The notes under the pieces are model-generated. The model saw nothing but the letters and a program-made list of their open reading frames with translations. It was not told the DNA's origin and searched no databases. From positions 124,001 through 188,000 of IMG/VR virus record IMGVR_UViG_3300033182_000674: a stretch of DNA of 64,000 nt; one strand, written 5' to 3'. Each line of letters starts with the position of its first letter. Position 1 is the first letter of the stretch. The translations under genes and the position numbers were made by a program. Of the stretch, positions 59,560 through 64,000 are shown one piece after another.

Positions 59560-60609
59560 TTACTTAATTGTAAATTTAGCTAATTTATCTAATTCATCTT
59601 CTTGTTTAAGCGATCTAATATATGTAACAAATGGCAATACAATAGAACCACCTAGTGTAAATGGCAAATAGATTAAAGCAATTTTTTCATCTAAAATTTC
59701 TTGTAAAGCAGATTCAAACTCTTCATCTGTTAGTTCACCTTTATAAACCGAATCAAGATATTTAAACATCATTTCAGAAGAAATTGGTGATTGAATACCG
59801 GTTCCGCTTTGATTGAATGCCATATCACCATAAATTGCACTAGTAACTTTTTGTACAATATCAACGAGCTCTTTAACTTCTTTTTCTGTACCATTAGATA
59901 TATCTAATTTAGAACCAGCTCCACCAACATATGCTTTTCCAATCTCTATGCTTTTTCTGTTATTCCAACAATTATTAACAAATGGTTTCATACCAGGAAG
60001 CTCTTTATAGTTTTTAATAGTTTTCCCTGAGCCGCCTAATAATTCTTGTAAATCATTATCTAAAATTAATATATCAATATGGCGACGACACTCTAAAATA
60101 GTATCTTCATATTCACGCTTAATCATTTTAGACATTAATGTTTTGAGTTTACTCTTATGGCTAGATCCAGAATCAGCAAACACAGATGCAATTAAAAATT
60201 CATATGAAGGCATATAATCAATATGACTATAATCTCCTTCTTCTGTATCTTCAAAAGAATCTTTCATAATTTGAGCTAATTGTGTATTTTGCTTTCCATA
60301 CATTTCAAGTGTATGGTTATAACAATCAACCCATACATCAAATGAATCTTGATCAAAGTTTACGGTTGACTTAAGCCAATGAGTAGCAATTTGTGCAAAA
60401 TGAAATGTATCAGCATAGATAGTAACTTTTTCATTCTTAGTAAAGCCAAGTTGAATAACTGATTGTGGTGTTAATGTTTCTGCCGCAGCAATTATAGATT
60501 TAGTATTATAAACATTACCACCATATTCTTTTGATACAACAATACAAGTGTCTAATGTATTAAGATAAGTATCTTGTTCTAAAAATACATTGTTAAATAA
60601 ATGGATCAT
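59560..60609 (-). CDS. Unknown 349-aa protein in the radical SAM operon
   Basis: Long ORF whose start overlaps the upstream stop (ATGA). No motif recognised. Confidence 0.75.
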   Translation of the reverse strand: MIHLFNNVFLEQDTYLNTLDTCIVVSKEYGGNVYNTKSIIAAAETLTPQSVIQLGFTKNEKVTIYADTFHFAQIATHWLKSTVNFDQDSFDVWVDCYNHTLEMYGKQNTQLAQIMKDSFEDTEEGDYSHIDYMPSYEFLIASVFADSGSSHKSKLKTLMSKMIKREYEDTILECRRHIDILILDNDLQELLGGSGKTIKNYKELPGMKPFVNNCWNNRKSIEIGKAYVGGAGSKLDISNGTEKEVKELVDIVQKVTSAIYGDMAFNQSGTGIQSPISSEMMFKYLDSVYKGELTDEEFESALQEILDEKIALIYLPFTLGGSIVLPFVTYIRSLKQEDELDKLAKFTIK

Positions 60610-61313
60610 GCTTTTAGCTCCTGCATTGTTTGCAATTTATCAAACATTTTATGATAGTCTTCTATATCTAAACTACCTGATGCCATACTATGTGTTAAAA
60701 TAAACATTGGGTTGTTTCTATTTGCCCAATAACTAAATAAGTTTTTACCTTTAAAAATATATTCATTGAAAAACTTAGGATAATATCTTAGGTTATCTGA
60801 TTTAGTTTTTTCAAGCAATGAATATAATGAATCTCTTTTTAATAAACTAACAAAATTAACACCTTTCATATCACCATCATCTTCAGCAATTGGTGCATTT
60901 TCACTAAACTCTTTAAAAGTTTCGTCTTGAATTGAATGCATATTATATAGTGTTAAACTATCAATTCTTTGTTCCCAAATATCTAGTTCTTTAGAATACT
61001 GTTCTAATACATCTGAATCTATAACTGGAATAATACCTCTTTTTTGCATTAATAAATTAATAATAACTTCTTCAAGCAATGGTATATTAACTATCGATGT
61101 TGAGTTAAGATATACTCCAACCATTTCAACCAATTCATCTGGCTCAGTAATATTTAAATCACAAGGAATATCTAAATTACTCAAATATGTAATAAGCTTT
61201 TCGCCTTTTAAATTTGAATCTTTATAGTTAATAATAAATTTAGTTTCTTTATCTTCAAAATATAGTTTCAACAAATCTATGGAAATAGGTGCTGTTGTTT
61301 CAATAATATTCAT
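60606..61313 (-). CDS. Unknown 235-aa protein in the radical SAM operon
   Basis: ORF with a GAGG RBS, directly after the CHSS-repeat gene. No motif recognised. Confidence 0.75.
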   Translation of the reverse strand: MNIIETTAPISIDLLKLYFEDKETKFIINYKDSNLKGEKLITYLSNLDIPCDLNITEPDELVEMVGVYLNSTSIVNIPLLEEVIINLLMQKRGIIPVIDSDVLEQYSKELDIWEQRIDSLTLYNMHSIQDETFKEFSENAPIAEDDGDMKGVNFVSLLKRDSLYSLLEKTKSDNLRYYPKFFNEYIFKGKNLFSYWANRNNPMFILTHSMASGSLDIEDYHKMFDKLQTMQELKA

Positions 61314-61322
61314 AATTTCCTC

Positions 61323-62282
61323 TTATCTTCTGCCACGCGAACCATGACAAGAACTATGACAGCTCGAATGACAAACATCTGTTTGAATAGCTAAATCAGC
61401 TGTAGTAGATTGTGCAACCTGCTCCCAAGCGCTTTTTAGAGCATTAAAGTAATTTTCAAGTACACCTGCGGTTATAACATAACCTTCTTCAACGCGCATA
61501 ATCCCATTAATAGCATGTATTCCACCGGTCCAATTTGCTTTTACTTGTCCTACATCAGTTAAATATGAATCATCTAATAATGCGTATTTGGTTTCATCAA
61601 ATGCGATACCAGGATTAGCATAAGTTCCCTTATTTCCGCCTCCGCCAGTTACATTTAATTTAACATTCATTGTTCTAACACGAGTATATCTATTTGTTTC
61701 CCATAATATAGCTTTCCATATTACATATGCTGCAATTGGATTTTCTACTCGCTCAACAATCATATCACCTTGATCATCTAAAATTGGTTCAATTGTTAAA
61801 ATACCATCTGCTGCAGTATCTGCTTGTGCTTGAGCTTTAAATGCTTTTTCAACTGTTGAGAACTTCTCAGTTAAACATCTAGCATACCAATATTGTAAAC
61901 CACCAATTTCAGCATCACGTTGTAAGTGTGTATTATATAACTTAGCTACTTTATCAACTAATGCTGGACCAGTACCAGTTTCATATAATAACCAGTCTTC
62001 TCTTGGACCATGCGGTAGTGGTCCGTCCCACATTGTAAGATATGTGCCATCTGATTTGCGTATTTTGGCTTTATAAAAAGTACCTAAAACAAACCAAGAC
62101 CCATCACTTGGAATTACTTGAGTTATAGGTGTGCCCCAACCGCTAAAGGTAAATCCTTCATACGGTAAATTGTTAGCAGACCAGACATTAGGATCAGTAT
62201 GAAAACTATAAACTGCTTTCGCATAATCTAAAAATCTTGGTACAATTTCTTCTTTTTTAACAGGATTAGTTAAACTCGCCAT
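61323..62282 (-). CDS. 319-aa protein with C-terminal (CHxS)3-RGRR motif, candidate substrate of the operon
   Basis: Ends DVCHSSCHSSCHGSRGRR. These are its only Cys apart from one in an internal DUF4214-like segment (KLYNTHLQRDAEIGGLQYWYARC). Confidence 0.75.
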   Translation of the reverse strand: MASLTNPVKKEEIVPRFLDYAKAVYSFHTDPNVWSANNLPYEGFTFSGWGTPITQVIPSDGSWFVLGTFYKAKIRKSDGTYLTMWDGPLPHGPREDWLLYETGTGPALVDKVAKLYNTHLQRDAEIGGLQYWYARCLTEKFSTVEKAFKAQAQADTAADGILTIEPILDDQGDMIVERVENPIAAYVIWKAILWETNRYTRVRTMNVKLNVTGGGGNKGTYANPGIAFDETKYALLDDSYLTDVGQVKANWTGGIHAINGIMRVEEGYVITAGVLENYFNALKSAWEQVAQSTTADLAIQTDVCHSSCHSSCHGSRGRR

Positions 62283-63306
62283 TTTGTTTATCCAAATGAA
62301 TCATTAATAGTTTAGGTGCAGGACAGACATCGCCTTCCCACGGTAATTGGTGGCAATCTCCACCACAATATTTAAATACAGGACATGAAAAACATTTAGG
62401 ATTTCTTCCTCGTTCTTCAGCTATATTTTGTAATCTTCTAGGACTATTTATAAGGTTTTCTATAGAATCGTTTATATGACCAAATTGAAATGTTGGCGCA
62501 GAATTAGGACAACCTGAAATAGTACCAGTTGCATTAATGGTGAAGATCTTTTCTTCGCAATCTCTACAGAAAGTACCACATGTATTTAATCCATTTTCAA
62601 ACTTAGCATATACATCTTCAAGGAATGAATTTTCAAACCAATTTCTTGCACCAACTTCTTCTGATTGTAAATGCATTTTTAAGAACCATTCATTAATTTC
62701 CATATTGGATGGGAATATATCTGGATGCTGATTTGCATTACCATCTCTTGTTAATCTTTCAAATGAAACTTCTTGAACACCAAGCTCTTTACAAAACTCT
62801 AATACTTTAATTGGTTCCATGTTTATTAGTCCTTTTGTAACACTAATAAACATTCTAATTGTTACGCCACGTTTTAATAATGATTTAACATTTTTATGCC
62901 ATAGATTATATTGTCTATCATTATCAAATCGAATATCTGGATCCCATGATGTACCAATACGATTATTTAAACACTCTTCAATAAATGAATAATGCTCATC
63001 ATACATTTTAAATGTTAAATTTGATGTAATGCCCCATGACATATCAAGCCATAAGTCTTTACACTCATTATAGACTTTACGCATTTCAGAGACATGAACA
63101 AGAAAAGGCTCACCACCATGAAATTCACAATGAGCCGTATCTAATAAATTAGGTCTATGTTGTCTAAAACGCTTTAACCAATCTGCTATTTTATTTGGAT
63201 TCCAATATTTCTTTGGACCGTTGATTCCATTCGTAAAGCAATGACGGCAATTAAGATTACACGTTTCAGTTGTCTTTAGGTAGAACATCCATTGCATCAT
63301 CAGCAT
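62266..63306 (-). CDS. Radical SAM/SPASM enzyme 1
   Basis: KTTETCNLNCRHC, FHGGEP and the SPASM-like CGTFCRDC...GCPN...CFSCPVFKYCGGDC...CP. The exact start Met is uncertain. Confidence 0.94.
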   Translation of the reverse strand: MLMMQWMFYLKTTETCNLNCRHCFTNGINGPKKYWNPNKIADWLKRFRQHRPNLLDTAHCEFHGGEPFLVHVSEMRKVYNECKDLWLDMSWGITSNLTFKMYDEHYSFIEECLNNRIGTSWDPDIRFDNDRQYNLWHKNVKSLLKRGVTIRMFISVTKGLINMEPIKVLEFCKELGVQEVSFERLTRDGNANQHPDIFPSNMEINEWFLKMHLQSEEVGARNWFENSFLEDVYAKFENGLNTCGTFCRDCEEKIFTINATGTISGCPNSAPTFQFGHINDSIENLINSPRRLQNIAEERGRNPKCFSCPVFKYCGGDCHQLPWEGDVCPAPKLLMIHLDKQNGEFN

Positions 63307-63787
63307 CCTTTAGTTTGTTTTGTATAAAATTTTCAAGTCCAAAACTTAACATTAATGATTCATAGTAATTTGTTGCGCAATGAGGTGTGTTTGCTGGTAT
63401 AAAAATAGATTCACCTTCATTTAATATAACTTCATCATTTCCAACAATTAATGTTTTAGTTCCTTCTACACAAAGCATATAAACATCATCTGGATCTTTA
63501 TGCATTGGAAATGAGTATGCATCTTTAGTTGCATAAAAAGCATGACATGTCACTGGACCATTATGTTCGTAATGTAATGCTAATTCCTTACAATAATCAA
63601 ATATCTCTTGATTATATTTTTCTAAACTTTCAATCTTTATAGTGGCGTGGCTATATTTTGATAATTCAAGAGAACTTTCAAGAACGGTATTTCTACCTTC
63701 ATCATCTATAATAGACACAATCCTTTCTTCGTAAGGAATCAAATCTTTATTATATAATATTTCAACCAAATTGTAAACTGAAAACAT
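63266..63787 (-). CDS. JmjC/cupin-type (YcfD/ROX-like) Fe(II)/2OG oxygenase
   Basis: SFPMHKDPDDV (HxD), VEGTK and LNEGESIFIPANTPHCA. Confidence 0.82.
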   Translation of the reverse strand: MFSVYNLVEILYNKDLIPYEERIVSIIDDEGRNTVLESSLELSKYSHATIKIESLEKYNQEIFDYCKELALHYEHNGPVTCHAFYATKDAYSFPMHKDPDDVYMLCVEGTKTLIVGNDEVILNEGESIFIPANTPHCATNYYESLMLSFGLENFIQNKLKDADDAMDVLPKDN

Positions 63788-63801
63788 GACAAATTCTTTC
63801 G

Positions 63802-63999
63802 TTATAATTTAAGAATACATTCAACTAATTTTAAAGCTTCGCTATAATTATCTTCTAACGCAATACCAACTAATCTTCCAGTACCATTTACAGAAGCTAT
63901 ACCATTACTTGATACATATACACCTTCACCTTTCTTAACTGGATCAGTAACTTTAACAGGAACTCGACCAACTAGTGCAAGAGGTACACCACCTTCTAA
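63802..63999 (-). CDS. C-terminal fragment of a tail fibre-like protein (autoproteolytic chaperone, peptidase-G2-like end); runs off the right edge
   Basis: Manual translation LEGGVPLALVGRVPVKVTDPVKKGEGVYVSSNGIA...VGIALEDNYSEALKLVECILKL*. Confidence 0.65.
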   Translation of the reverse strand, partial: LEGGVPLALVGRVPVKVTDPVKKGEGVYVSSNGIASVNGTGRLVGIALEDNYSEALKLVECILKL

Positions 64000-64000
64000 T

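Noticed and set aside
61326-61373. c-type heme-binding motif
   Set aside because: The spacing is CxxxCH rather than CxxCH, and there is no export signal or heme-maturation gene.
886-62731. All plus-strand ORFs in the track (for example 3777-4298, 5375-5686, 8739-9143, 20823-21140)
   Set aside because: They are antisense shadows of well-supported minus-strand genes, with no RBS or family motif.
55639-63306. Radical SAM genes as queuosine/7-deazaguanine, anaerobic RNR activase or molybdopterin enzymes
   Set aside because: No queC/queD/folE, nrdD or moa partners are in the window, and all four have Cys-rich C-terminal extensions. This is not fully excluded without HMM searches.
1-64000. tRNA, rRNA, introns, inteins, homing endonucleases, integrase or transposase
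   Set aside because: None recognised. gp17, gp20, gp23 and UvsW have ordinary lengths and are uninterrupted.

Overview
This is a 64 kb AT-rich segment of a T4-like (T4-superfamily) myovirus, with all credible genes on the minus strand. The gene order resembles marine T4-like cyanophages and pelagiphages. Left to right: the 5' end of late sigma factor gp55, an Sm-like protein, uvsW, uvsY, gp3, the head module (gp23, 22, 21, 68, 67), a 2565-aa fibre-like gene inserted between gp67 and gp20, then gp20, 19, 18, 17, 16, 15, 14 and 13. About 31 kb of very large mosaic fibre/adhesin genes follows (767, 1733, 4627, 1543, 837 and about 444 aa, plus small partners). The window ends with a tightly coupled 11-gene operon and the C-terminal fragment of another fibre-like gene. 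That operon encodes 4 radical SAM enzymes, 3 Fe(II)/2-oxoglutarate-type oxygenases, 3 unknown proteins and a 319-aa protein ending in CHSS-CHSS-CHGS-RGRR. T4-type late promoters (TATAAATA) and a UUCG-loop terminator are visible. Two observations stand out. First, the operon looks like a RiPP-type modification system embedded among the tail genes. Second, an Asp-Ser (DS) dipeptide is strongly enriched in fibres and in accessory insertions of core virion proteins, and may be a modification sequon. All family assignments come from motif recognition by eye; no database search was run.
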